52,271 bases of DNA from Thermoproteota archaeon (GTDB lineage: Archaea; Korarchaeota; Korarchaeia; Korarchaeales; Korarchaeaceae): the NCBI GenBank assembly GCA_027491735.1, contig JAOZGP010000017.1, positions 1 through 52,271 of the forward strand. Direction: 5' to 3'. The position numbers and the translations under genes were made by a program. Each line of letters starts with the position of its first letter. Positions within the stretch are counted from its first letter, which is position 1. This document shows positions 19,019 to 28,501 of the stretch, piece by piece. The notes beneath the pieces are model-generated. The model saw nothing but the letters and a program-made list of their open reading frames with translations. It made no database searches and had not been told where the DNA came from.

Positions 19019-20091
19019 CCGACCACCCTCACCTTGAGGAGCACCATGTAGGGGAGAACATAGAAGGGTATGTGCACCGTGCCGCTGGCATCAACAACGG
19101 TTATGTTGAAGGGTCCCTGAATGAAAAATCCAGGGTTCATATCTGGAGGGATGAGTTGTATTGCTAAACCGCTTCCTGTTAAGATCTCTCCCTTTCTATT
19201 GCTTATTGTCCAGGTCGGAGCCCCGGCCCCTGAGATATCTATGGTCTCCCCTAGGAGATAGAGATAGCTCTGATTGCCGGAGAAGGTTAGGATTATGCTG
19301 GGAGCGCTTCCTTTTTTGAAATCGCTGGGTCCATAGGTGAAGGTCCAGGTCTTGGAGGGAGTTGAAGCTGATGCATTGGGATAGTATTTTAGGGTTACAT
19401 CTAAGCTGTTTGGGGGATCCTCAAAGATAAAGGATCTATATGATGGAATGGAGACATTCAGTATAGCTCCTCCATTCTCAATGGGGGCGTAGGCATTACC
19501 AGAGGAAGGATGCATCCCCCACTCGTCTGTGAATGAGTAATCTAAAGTTACATACGCGCCCCCCTCTGTCCTGGGGACCCCCGCATGATGATATGCTATG
19601 ACGAAAAATGTCAGGTTATCAAACGTGTAAGTGCGTATAATACCTCCTGAAACTGAGTAGTATATCTCATCTGTGTAGCTGAGGGCATACACCTTGTCGG
19701 GGGTGCAGTTCCAGCTCACCATAACGGGTGCCACTGCTGAGGCGCTGGTCCCTCCAGATTTACTGGCATTATACAGGACAAAGGTCTTATTATTACCGTC
19801 TTTATAGACAAAAGTCAAGTTCACACCAATGCCCACCCCTTGCTCGCTCTCGACAGCACTCAAGAAGTTTCTGACCTCGTTGCTGAAATCAGCATAGCTG
19901 TAAGTTCCATTTATAAAATCGTACTTCCACATACCAGCTATAACTGAGGCCACGTCCCTGGCCAGAAGCCTCCTGCCTGTCAGTCCGGAGGAGGTCGCTG
20001 TGGTTCTGGAGTAGCTGTATATAGCAAACAGGGCCACAGTTATGAGAAATATAACTATTATGACCTCAAGCGGCTCAGTCGTCATAATCAA
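19015..20091 (-). CDS. Large pilin-like / adhesin-like secreted protein
   Basis: TEPLEVIIVIFLITVALFAIY N-terminal helix; S/T/N/Y-rich with many N-x-S/T sequons; TTGA coupling. Confidence 0.7.
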   Translation of the reverse strand: MIMTTEPLEVIIVIFLITVALFAIYSYSRTTATSSGLTGRRLLARDVASVIAGMWKYDFINGTYSYADFSNEVRNFLSAVESEQGVGIGVNLTFVYKDGNNKTFVLYNASKSGGTSASAVAPVMVSWNCTPDKVYALSYTDEIYYSVSGGIIRTYTFDNLTFFVIAYHHAGVPRTEGGAYVTLDYSFTDEWGMHPSSGNAYAPIENGGAILNVSIPSYRSFIFEDPPNSLDVTLKYYPNASASTPSKTWTFTYGPSDFKKGSAPSIILTFSGNQSYLYLLGETIDISGAGAPTWTISNRKGEILTGSGLAIQLIPPDMNPGFFIQGPFNITVVDASGTVHIPFYVLPYMVLLKVRVVG

Positions 20092-20552
20092 CCACCTGAA
20101 ACTGTCAAAGTGACAACCACACGAGTGCCGTTCGGGAACAGCGCATAAGCCTTGGCCGAAGCTGAATTACCCCTTATCAAGCCTGAACCTATCCTCAGGA
20201 GGGTCCCATCTGATGGATTGTATATCGTAATCAATACATCGTCCTCGGGTGGCACTATCCCCAGCTTGAACGCTGTGTAGTTGTTCCTGGAGCAGGTGAT
20301 GCACAACAGAAGCTGACTCTTGTTTATTACATACGCCGATCCATTGATCGCTATTCCAACGACGGGCGGTTCATTGTTCATCAAGCAGGGGGTGAAGTTG
20401 CCTGGGTTTTCAAGCAACTGCTGTAAAGCCTCCCTGGCCTGGTCATCGAGAGAGGAATGACTTGTTTGGAGAGATTTAATGAAGAATATGGCGAAGAAAG
20501 CGTAAACAAATATTATGAAGAGTGCCACCATGAAGGCAAACGCTTGTCTCAC
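20088..20552 (-). CDS. Pilin-like protein
   Basis: GTG 20552 gives MRQA/FAFMVALFIIFVYAFFAIFFI; A..ALQQLL.NPG motif; three Cys; N-glycosylation sequons. Confidence 0.68.
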   Translation of the reverse strand: MRQAFAFMVALFIIFVYAFFAIFFIKSLQTSHSSLDDQAREALQQLLENPGNFTPCLMNNEPPVVGIAINGSAYVINKSQLLLCITCSRNNYTAFKLGIVPPEDDVLITIYNPSDGTLLRIGSGLIRGNSASAKAYALFPNGTRVVVTLTVSGG

Positions 20553-20712
20553 TCTCCCAACCCCTTCATCTGAGTCTCTCCCTCCAACCTGGGCTCGAAC
20601 AATACATCTCAACATAATTGCCGTAACGGATTATTAAAAGATGAGGAAAGAATTTTGAAAAAGATTTTTGGAGGGCGCTTAATCTTCACGCAGGCGTTTA
20701 GGAGAATTTTAT

Positions 20713-21630
20713 CTAGGATTGCCCGAACATTCTTGGAGGGTAGAAGCGCTTAGAGTCGAGGAAGCAGTGAAGCCAGTCGAAGAAGTTATCATACCAGTAA
20801 AGAGGTAGATAGTTGACTTTGTTACCTGAAAGCGTAACTTGTATCACATCACCGTAGTTTCCCGCCGGGCTCCTCCAGAGGACAAATAGACCGGTGAAAG
20901 CGACACCAGGCACCTTGAAGGTCCACCTTTTAACTCTGATCTCAGTAGCTGAGGGCATATAGAAGTTCAAGGTTGTCTGATTCTCACCAAAAGGTTTCAG
21001 ACCGCGAACTGTGTTCCCTGAGGCTGATATGGGCACTATTAACCACCATGGAAGTATAGCATCAGGTCCTATGAAGGTCATTTCAGCATTATAGTCACTG
21101 AATGTGGGATTTAATACAAGGAAGAGTGCATGCCAATGGTCAGGAAATCTACCACGAGGTCCATAAGCGCAGAGCTTGTTTGGAATAAAGTAAAGAGGAC
21201 CTGGGGTTGGTCCTCCAGTTGATCCTCCAGTCCCTCCCCCACCGTAGTGAGGTTTCATGAAGTAGTTCACGTCACCAGCAACTCCGTCGAAGAACGTCGA
21301 GCCCCTCCTTATGGAGTAGGCCACCAACACCTTATCCGAAACTATGTAGCGGGAGTAGTTATTAAGATGCACGCCCTTTGGAGAGATCGTTCGATTGAGG
21401 ACCCTGATCTGACCATCGAGCCAGGCATACTTGTCATGATCACTGACAGGGAGGTACTTGACCGTTCCAGCAAGCTGATTTATAGCATCTGACAGATCAA
21501 CGAAGTCGCTTGATGTATCGGCATGCACCTGAACGGTAGTAGGGTTTACATACATGGCTAAGGTGATTATCATCACTAGAACGGTGAAGCCTATGAGAAG
21601 CACGCCGCCACTTCCTATCCTCATCCTCAT
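20713..21630 (-). CDS. Two-domain pilin-like / adhesin-like protein
   Basis: MRMRIGSG/GVLLIGFTVLVMIITLAMY leader plus hydrophobic helix, GGGGTGGSTGGPTPGP linker, aromatic-rich C-terminal domain. Confidence 0.7.
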   Translation of the reverse strand: MRMRIGSGGVLLIGFTVLVMIITLAMYVNPTTVQVHADTSSDFVDLSDAINQLAGTVKYLPVSDHDKYAWLDGQIRVLNRTISPKGVHLNNYSRYIVSDKVLVAYSIRRGSTFFDGVAGDVNYFMKPHYGGGGTGGSTGGPTPGPLYFIPNKLCAYGPRGRFPDHWHALFLVLNPTFSDYNAEMTFIGPDAILPWWLIVPISASGNTVRGLKPFGENQTTLNFYMPSATEIRVKRWTFKVPGVAFTGLFVLWRSPAGNYGDVIQVTLSGNKVNYLPLYWYDNFFDWLHCFLDSKRFYPPRMFGQS

Positions 21631-21750
21631 AGCTACTCATTGGATTTTAGCTATTTGTCACTTATAAGGTTTTCTTTTTAGATATTTCTCTCAGCAGAAA
21701 AACAGATCCAGAAGACTTTCATAAGCTCTTGTGTCCTTCAACACAGCTGC

Positions 21751-23022
21751 TCATGGCAGAACCCTTTCAACGTCCCTAGGGAAGAGGGCTGCCTCTCTTA
21801 TGTTTTGTAAGTTTAACATCTTGTACACTGTTCTCTCCAGCCCCATGGCAAATCCTCCGTGAGGAGGAGCTCCGTACCTGAAGAACTTCGTGAACCACTC
21901 CAAGGAGTTCAGATCTAGTCCTTTCTCCCTTATCTGTGAGACTAGCACCTCATACCTGTGCTCCCTCTGACCTCCCGAGCTCAACTCCTCGCCTTTGTAC
22001 AGCAGATCCACGCTTCTGGCCCAGAGATCCTCGGCCTTCATAACATAGAAGGGCTTCGTCTTGAAGGGGAATCTGTTGATGAAGAGGAAATCCGTTCCGT
22101 ACTTCTCCCTTGCGTACCTCCAGAGCAGCTTCTCAGACTCGGTGTCATAGTCCTCTCCGAATGGAATCTCCTTTCCTAGATCCTCAAGTATGTTGTATAT
22201 CTCAGGAAACCTTAGCTCTGGGAAGGGTGTTTTTGGTACATCAAGATCGACGTTTAGTAGTTCCAGTTCCTTACTTCTCTCCTCCAGCACCCTTCTGAGG
22301 CCAGCCACTAAGAGCTCCTCCTCAACCCTCATCACATCCCCCTCATCAGATATGAAAGCCATTTCCACAGCTATTGACCTGAACTCGCTTATGTGTCTGG
22401 CCGTGTGACTTGGTTCAGCTCTCCAGTTTGGTCCTACGTCGTATATCTTCGTGAAACCACCTATTATGGTGAGCTGTCTGTGAAGCTGTGGATCTTGCCT
22501 TAGATAGGCCTTTTTGTCGAAGTATTTAACCTCGAAGACCTCAGCGCCGCTCTCGCTGGCAGCCCCTATTATAGCAGGGGTGAAGACCATCAGGAAGCCA
22601 TGTGAGTCGAGCCAGTCAATTACTCCCCTGAGGAAGCTGGTCTCTATCTTGAAAATAGCTTGTACCTCAGGTCTTCTGAGATCCAATGGTCTATAGTTCA
22701 TCCGAGTCGGAAAGAGCGCTGGAGTCTTCCAGTTGGGATCAAGAGGCAGTTTCCTCTCTGATGTCGAGTGAACCACAATGCTCTTCGGAATGACCTCCAT
22801 GTCAACGGCCTTAGCTATCTTCTTTTCGCTCATAAACCCAGTCGCCTCAATCACGCTCTCCTGAGTAAGATCATCGATCTGGCTGAGAAGCTCATCAGGC
22901 ACCTCACTCTTCTTGAGTGTGAGTTGAACCCTTCCTTGAGGAGTCCTCAGCACCACGAACTTTATCTTCCCGATACTTCTTATCTCGCTGACCCAGCCTC
23001 CTATTCTAACCTTCTCAGCCAT
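21751..23022 (-). CDS. aspS: Aspartyl-tRNA synthetase (archaeal type)
   Basis: OB anticodon domain (GWV..IR..GKIKF), RPLDLR, motif 2 WRAE..RHISEF, SSGGQREH, motif 3 PPHGGFAMGLER; ATG 23022 after GAGGAGG. Confidence 0.9.
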   Translation of the reverse strand: MAEKVRIGGWVSEIRSIGKIKFVVLRTPQGRVQLTLKKSEVPDELLSQIDDLTQESVIEATGFMSEKKIAKAVDMEVIPKSIVVHSTSERKLPLDPNWKTPALFPTRMNYRPLDLRRPEVQAIFKIETSFLRGVIDWLDSHGFLMVFTPAIIGAASESGAEVFEVKYFDKKAYLRQDPQLHRQLTIIGGFTKIYDVGPNWRAEPSHTARHISEFRSIAVEMAFISDEGDVMRVEEELLVAGLRRVLEERSKELELLNVDLDVPKTPFPELRFPEIYNILEDLGKEIPFGEDYDTESEKLLWRYAREKYGTDFLFINRFPFKTKPFYVMKAEDLWARSVDLLYKGEELSSGGQREHRYEVLVSQIREKGLDLNSLEWFTKFFRYGAPPHGGFAMGLERTVYKMLNLQNIREAALFPRDVERVLP

Positions 23023-25880
23023 ATCGATATCCTCCTCTCCCCTACTCTCCAGTCCTTGTGATAACATCCTTTCGGAGCTCTTCCGAACTCCAGGAGGACA
23101 GCGTCCACCTCATTCATGATATCGGATATGAGGTCTCCCAGGTCCTCTCTTTCGCACCCATCTATGTAGACCTCGACCTTCTCCACACCCTTCCTCAACC
23201 CCATCTCCTTCCTCATCTGTTGTATCCTCCTTATGATCTCCCTGGCAAATCCCTCCTTCTTAAGCTCCTCCGTCAACTCCACGTTGAGGTAGATCCTTCC
23301 TTCTGAAAGCCCAGCATCCACCCAATGAGAGGAGGTAAGCTCAAAATTGTCAAGGAACCTCACCGATTTGACGTTGGTCTCGGAGGCTATCACGTCTCTG
23401 AAAACTCTCGCTTCCACCAGATCCCCTGTTATCACGAGCTCTGGCAATGGTTGCCTTATCTTCAGCTTGTTATTCGTTCTCATACTGTTTACCACTGTTA
23501 TCACCTTCTTAGCCAGCTCCATTTTGAACTCAAGGTTCTTGTCTATGGAGCTCACATCCACCCCAGGAAACCTCAACATGACCACACTCTCGGGATCTCT
23601 CTCCCCTCTGAAGGCCTCTTGGTATATCTTCTCGGCCATTAGAGGAGCAAATATGGCGAGTATCGGTAGGGTTTTCGCTGTTATATCTCTTAAAATCTTG
23701 GAAACTGTGGGATCGCTCTTTATCCTCTTCCTCACAACTCTGAGGTACAGATGGCTCAGATCGTCAACCATAAAGTTGAGAAACTCATTTAAGGCGTCAT
23801 GAAGTCTATAACTTGACAAGGACTCGTCCACGTTCCTGATCATGCTATTAAGTCTTGACAATATCCATCTATCCTCACTCTTAGGAGCAATCTCTCCCGA
23901 TATCCTCGCGTACTCTGTTATGAACACGTACACATTCCATACCACATTGAGCTTCCTCCTGGCCTCATCCATTCCGAACCAGGTAAACCTTAGATCGCTC
24001 CATGGCACCTTGGACAGGACGAAAACCCTAAACACATCGGCTCCATAGCGCTCCAATATGACCCCCACCGGAACATAGTTGCCCTTGCTCTTGTGCATCT
24101 CCTCCCCCCTCTCATCGAGCATGAACCCATGAGACATCACCGTTCTGTAGGGGGCGCTACCGAAGATCAGATATCCCATCCTCAGCAGAGAGAAGAACCA
24201 GCCTCTGAACTGATCATGTCCCTCCACAATGAAGTCCACAGGTCTGAGCTTCTCGTACTCGTCGCTCTTTGGATATTCCAGGCTCGCGAAGAAGGCCACA
24301 CCTGAATCGTACCACACATCGGCGACGTCTGGAACCCTCCTCATCAACCCTCCGCACTTCGGACAGCTCCAGATTATCTCATCAACCCAGGGTTTATGTA
24401 AGTCCTCTGGAACCTTTCCTGACTTCTCCTTAAGTTCCTCTTCCCCTCCTATGACCTCCACATGACCGCACTTTCCGCAAAGCCATACAGGGAGAGGAGT
24501 GCCCCAGTATCTCTGCCTGGATATTATCCAGTCCTCCAGCTCCATTAGCCAGTTCTTGAACCTCTTCTCCCCTCCCCAAGCAGGAACCCATCTGACCTTC
24601 GATATCTCCTCTATCAGTCCGTCCTTGAGGTCTGAAAGCTGTACGTACCATTGCTCGGTGGCCCTTATTATCAGAGGGGACTTACACCTCCAGCACACTG
24701 GATACCTGTGAGTTATTTTTCCTTCATGAAATAGGAAGCCTTTCCTTCGCAGATCCTCTACTATCAGCCTGTTGGCGTCCTTTATGAACATCCCGTCGTA
24801 CCTTCCGGCCTCTTCCGTGAAAACGCCTTTATCATCCACAGGACTCAGGACGGGCATGCCGTAGTCCCTATGAGCCACCTCGTAGTCCTCCTTTCCGTGC
24901 CCGGGAGCGGAGTGCACACAGCCGGTCCCTTCATCCATCGTGACGTACTTGTCACTCAGGACGACCTTGTGCTCCACCTCCGCTTGAACTGGAACCTCCT
25001 CCTCGAGAGGATTCCTGTACTTCAGTCCCTCCAGATCCCTCCCTTTGAGCTTTTCCACTACTTGGTACTCCCCAACGCCGGCCTCGCTCATCACATGCTC
25101 GAGCCTCCTCTCCGCCAGTATCAGGACCTCGTCCACGACCTCCACCTTGACATAGTCCTCGTCTGGGTGAACCATGACTGCCACGTTGGCAGGTAGGGTC
25201 CACGGTGTGGTTGTCCAAATCAGTATGAATGTGTTTTCGTCATCCTCCACCGGGAACTTCACATATATGGATGGATCAGTCAGCACCTGATACTCGTGCA
25301 CCTCATAATCGGAGAGAACAGTCTCACATCGGGGGCACCAGTGGACGACCTTCAATCCACGCTTCAGTCTGCCGCTCTCCCATATTCTCTTGAACCCCCA
25401 CCAGGCTGAATTTATATAGCTCCTCCTGAGCGTCAGGTAGGGATTTCTCCAGTCCAGGGAAACGCCCAACCTCTCGAACTTCTTGGTCATCTCAGACAGA
25501 TTGTTCAAAGCCAGCTCTCTGCACTTCTCCACGAATCTATCAATGCCATATCTCTCTATATCCTTCTTTGTCCTGAAGCCAAGGTTCTTCTCCACGGTCA
25601 CTTCTATTGGAAGTCCGTGTGTGTCCCATCCAGGCTGATCTCTGACGTTATATCCCTTGGATCTCCAGTATCTCACAACCACATCCTTTATGAACTTGTT
25701 CCAGCATGTTCCAGGATGAGGCTCACCGCTGGATGGGTATGGAGGCCCATCCAGGAAGTAGAACTTCTTCCCGCAGGAGAGAGATCTCCTCAGTTTATCG
25801 TAGATCTCGTTATCCTTCCAGAACCTTAATATTTCCTCCTCGTACTCCTGAGGTGAGAATCTCTTCGAGAGGACCTTCAT
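23001..25880 (-). CDS. ileS: Isoleucyl-tRNA synthetase
   Basis: DGPPY, HPGT (HIGH), GWDTHGLP, WTTTPWTLP, GTGCVHSAPGHG, WIISRQRYWG, DQFRGWF, EMHKS (KMSKS); likely start ATG 25880. Confidence 0.96.
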   Translation of the reverse strand: MKVLSKRFSPQEYEEEILRFWKDNEIYDKLRRSLSCGKKFYFLDGPPYPSSGEPHPGTCWNKFIKDVVVRYWRSKGYNVRDQPGWDTHGLPIEVTVEKNLGFRTKKDIERYGIDRFVEKCRELALNNLSEMTKKFERLGVSLDWRNPYLTLRRSYINSAWWGFKRIWESGRLKRGLKVVHWCPRCETVLSDYEVHEYQVLTDPSIYVKFPVEDDENTFILIWTTTPWTLPANVAVMVHPDEDYVKVEVVDEVLILAERRLEHVMSEAGVGEYQVVEKLKGRDLEGLKYRNPLEEEVPVQAEVEHKVVLSDKYVTMDEGTGCVHSAPGHGKEDYEVAHRDYGMPVLSPVDDKGVFTEEAGRYDGMFIKDANRLIVEDLRRKGFLFHEGKITHRYPVCWRCKSPLIIRATEQWYVQLSDLKDGLIEEISKVRWVPAWGGEKRFKNWLMELEDWIISRQRYWGTPLPVWLCGKCGHVEVIGGEEELKEKSGKVPEDLHKPWVDEIIWSCPKCGGLMRRVPDVADVWYDSGVAFFASLEYPKSDEYEKLRPVDFIVEGHDQFRGWFFSLLRMGYLIFGSAPYRTVMSHGFMLDERGEEMHKSKGNYVPVGVILERYGADVFRVFVLSKVPWSDLRFTWFGMDEARRKLNVVWNVYVFITEYARISGEIAPKSEDRWILSRLNSMIRNVDESLSSYRLHDALNEFLNFMVDDLSHLYLRVVRKRIKSDPTVSKILRDITAKTLPILAIFAPLMAEKIYQEAFRGERDPESVVMLRFPGVDVSSIDKNLEFKMELAKKVITVVNSMRTNNKLKIRQPLPELVITGDLVEARVFRDVIASETNVKSVRFLDNFELTSSHWVDAGLSEGRIYLNVELTEELKKEGFAREIIRRIQQMRKEMGLRKGVEKVEVYIDGCEREDLGDLISDIMNEVDAVLLEFGRAPKGCYHKDWRVGERRISIWLRRLE

Positions 25881-26167
25881 CGAAACACCTCTTGAGAGCC
25901 CTCCCATCTCTCGTCAAAAAAGGAAATAAAAAGATGATCTCGATCACAAGTTCCGAAGAACTCAACCACATGTTTTACAGACTCAGCGATATCTTTGTCA
26001 GAAATTCGGAAATCCTACTGATCTTGCAATGTTAATTGTTAGTTTTTACGGAAAGAAAAGCAGTTCTTCTATGCGAGTATGTTTGTATAAGGGAATACTC
26101 CACCGATTATTTCGATGAACCTGTTTGGGATTATTAAGGCGACCACAATAACAGATGAGTCTGGAAG

Positions 26168-26398
26168 ATGTTCATCCTCATCGTTATCAAGAAGTATGAG
26201 TATAGGAAGAAGAATCAGATCATCGAGCAGCTCATAAAGGAATTCATTAGGAGAGCACAGGTAGCAGATCTACGATGCTATTTAAGTGTTTTAGGAGGAT
26301 ATAGAGGATCTGAAGAAGACTTCAAGAAGCATGTCCTAATGGCCCACACATTCGACCAGGCCGTCCGGACCGGAAGCTTTTCAGCATCCTTTAATTAG
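26168..26398 (+). other. Short ORF, possibly a decayed gene fragment
   Basis: 76 aa; EYRKK..IIEQLIKEFIRRA weakly recalls GNAT motif A; no clear RBS. Confidence 0.25.
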
Positions 26399-26430
26399 GA
26401 GTTCCCTAGACCAGGAGGACAGGAGATATT

Positions 26431-28464
26431 ATGTCGAAACAAGAGGTCATTGAAATAGCGAAACATCAGGAAGAAACCCTGTTCAAGCTGATAGAGGCCT
26501 ATCTCCATAATGGAGACATAAGCAGGCACAATGCGAACCTAATCTACTCCCTTCCAAGCCTTTCCGGCATAATAGCAGGATACGTCCAGAGGGAGTACTA
26601 TCTGAGGAGAGTCCTGAGTGAAGAGGAGCGCCTCCTTCACGAGGAGGGATGGTGGTACCACCATCAGATGAGCCAGCTCAGCCCGTACTGCGCTGGGTTC
26701 TCCGCGATGGATATAATGAGACATGGGCTCAAGTCCAAGAACTCCTTCTCAGTCAAGTCCAGACCACCCAAGCATCTCAAGACATTCCTGGATCAGGCGG
26801 TGAACATGATATTCAAGATCAGCCAGGAGGTGTCTGGTGCTGTGGCCCTCAACGATCTGACAACCGTGGCAGCCGCCTATGTGTGGTACGAGAGAGAGAT
26901 TCTTAACAAGTCAATGACCTTCAATGAAGTCAAGAACGCTTTCCAGAGTTTCGTGTACAACATAAACCTCGACTTCAGAAGTGGAAATTCCCCATTCACC
27001 AACGTCTCGATAACCATAGGCGGACCATCGCCAGCCCTAGCTCATGAACCAATACCTCTTATGAGCAACCTCCTGAAGCCCGTTACCTTCAAAGATATAC
27101 CAACGGAGATTTATGATGAGGTAAACGACGCCTTCTTCGAGGTCATGTCCGAGGGAGACGCTGAGGGGAAGCCTTGGACCTTTCCTCTCATAACAGTCTA
27201 CGTAACGGATGACTTTGACTGGGAAAGCTCCCTCTTTGATAAGCTTCTGGAGCTCATGGACAGCTTTGGTGGTGTGTACTTTGAGAACTATCTGAACAAA
27301 CCCTTCTCCGATGAGAAATGGATGAAGAAGATAGGTCGCCTTGAGAGAAGAGACCCTAAGCTCCAGAGATCGTTCTGTTGTAGATTCCAGGTTGATCTCG
27401 AGGAGCTCATGAGAACCCCGCACACCGGTTCAATATTTGGGCATAGCTCTGGCGTCGGTTCTGTGGGCGTGATAACTCTGAACTTCAACAGGTTGGGCTA
27501 TCTATACAGAGGCAACCTAGATGCTCTCCTGGAGCATATGGATAAGCTCCTGGAGTACTCCAGGAGTGCTCTTAACAAAAAAAGAAGGTTCATACTTGAG
27601 CACAAGGAGCTCTACCCAACTTTCTTCTACTACGTGGATGAAAGCTTGAAGACTTATTTCTCCACCATTTCGTTGGGAGGAGGACATGAGGGCCTGGTAA
27701 ACTTCGGAGTAAAGGAAGGAATTCTCTCAGAGGAGGGCCTTGAGGTAGCAAGAAAGGTGGCATTTTACGTGCTGGATAAGCTTGAGGAATTCAGAGAAAG
27801 AGATGGAGTTGCTTGGAACTTGGAGTATGCCCCCATGGAGACTGCTGCAGGATACCTAGCCAAGAAAGATCTGGAGCTCCTGCGCAATCTGAAGAGGAGA
27901 GATTTGAGCGGGTACAAGATATTCCGAGACGTTTTAGAGGAGAAAATCAGGAGGGGCGTTGATGAAATGTATCTATCTGGAGGTAAAGAACGACCGATCG
28001 TCACTTCAGGCTTTCAGCCACCGTTCAGTTGTAAAAACCTGACCAAAATGGTCTACGTGTCAGCTCATACGCAGAACTACGCTACTGGAGGATCAGTGCT
28101 TCACATCTTCTTAGGAGAGAAGATGAGCGTTAAGGCCAAAAAGAGGCTCGTCAGATCGATATTTTTCAACTACCCTGTCAAGTACATAACTCTCACCCCG
28201 ACCCTGACCCTATGCAACAGCTGTGGAGGAAAGTTCGTGGGAGAAAAGCTGAAGTGCCCAGCGTGTGGGAGCGAGGACACCACAGTTTACTCTAGGATCG
28301 TGGGGTACTTCAGACCGATAGCTAGAAGGATCAAGATGCGTGATGCAGAAAGAGGACTGTATGAAGGGGAGGAGAACGTATGGCAAGACAGCAGAAGATC
28401 AGACTGGGTGACCAGAGGAATCTTCAGCGAGAGCGATGTGGAAAGCTTCCTTAGGGATTTCTGA
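26431..28464 (+). CDS. nrdD: Anaerobic (class III) ribonucleoside-triphosphate reductase
   Basis: SPYCAG, SPFTN, PWTFP, RSFCCR finger loop, GSVGVIT, NLEYAPME, TGGSVLH, CxxC..CxxC Zn site, YSRIVGYFRP glycyl-radical motif. Confidence 0.95.
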   Translation: MSKQEVIEIAKHQEETLFKLIEAYLHNGDISRHNANLIYSLPSLSGIIAGYVQREYYLRRVLSEEERLLHEEGWWYHHQMSQLSPYCAGFSAMDIMRHGLKSKNSFSVKSRPPKHLKTFLDQAVNMIFKISQEVSGAVALNDLTTVAAAYVWYEREILNKSMTFNEVKNAFQSFVYNINLDFRSGNSPFTNVSITIGGPSPALAHEPIPLMSNLLKPVTFKDIPTEIYDEVNDAFFEVMSEGDAEGKPWTFPLITVYVTDDFDWESSLFDKLLELMDSFGGVYFENYLNKPFSDEKWMKKIGRLERRDPKLQRSFCCRFQVDLEELMRTPHTGSIFGHSSGVGSVGVITLNFNRLGYLYRGNLDALLEHMDKLLEYSRSALNKKRRFILEHKELYPTFFYYVDESLKTYFSTISLGGGHEGLVNFGVKEGILSEEGLEVARKVAFYVLDKLEEFRERDGVAWNLEYAPMETAAGYLAKKDLELLRNLKRRDLSGYKIFRDVLEEKIRRGVDEMYLSGGKERPIVTSGFQPPFSCKNLTKMVYVSAHTQNYATGGSVLHIFLGEKMSVKAKKRLVRSIFFNYPVKYITLTPTLTLCNSCGGKFVGEKLKCPACGSEDTTVYSRIVGYFRPIARRIKMRDAERGLYEGEENVWQDSRRSDWVTRGIFSESDVESFLRDF

Positions 28465-28501
28465 GTCTTTCGGGTTTTGAAACTCCGACCAGGAGGTGCG
28501 T

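Noticed and set aside
24085-25730. IleRS HPGT / EMHKS deviations from HIGH / KMSKS
   Set aside because: EMHKS-type signatures are common in crenarchaeal-type IleRS; not evidence of novelty.
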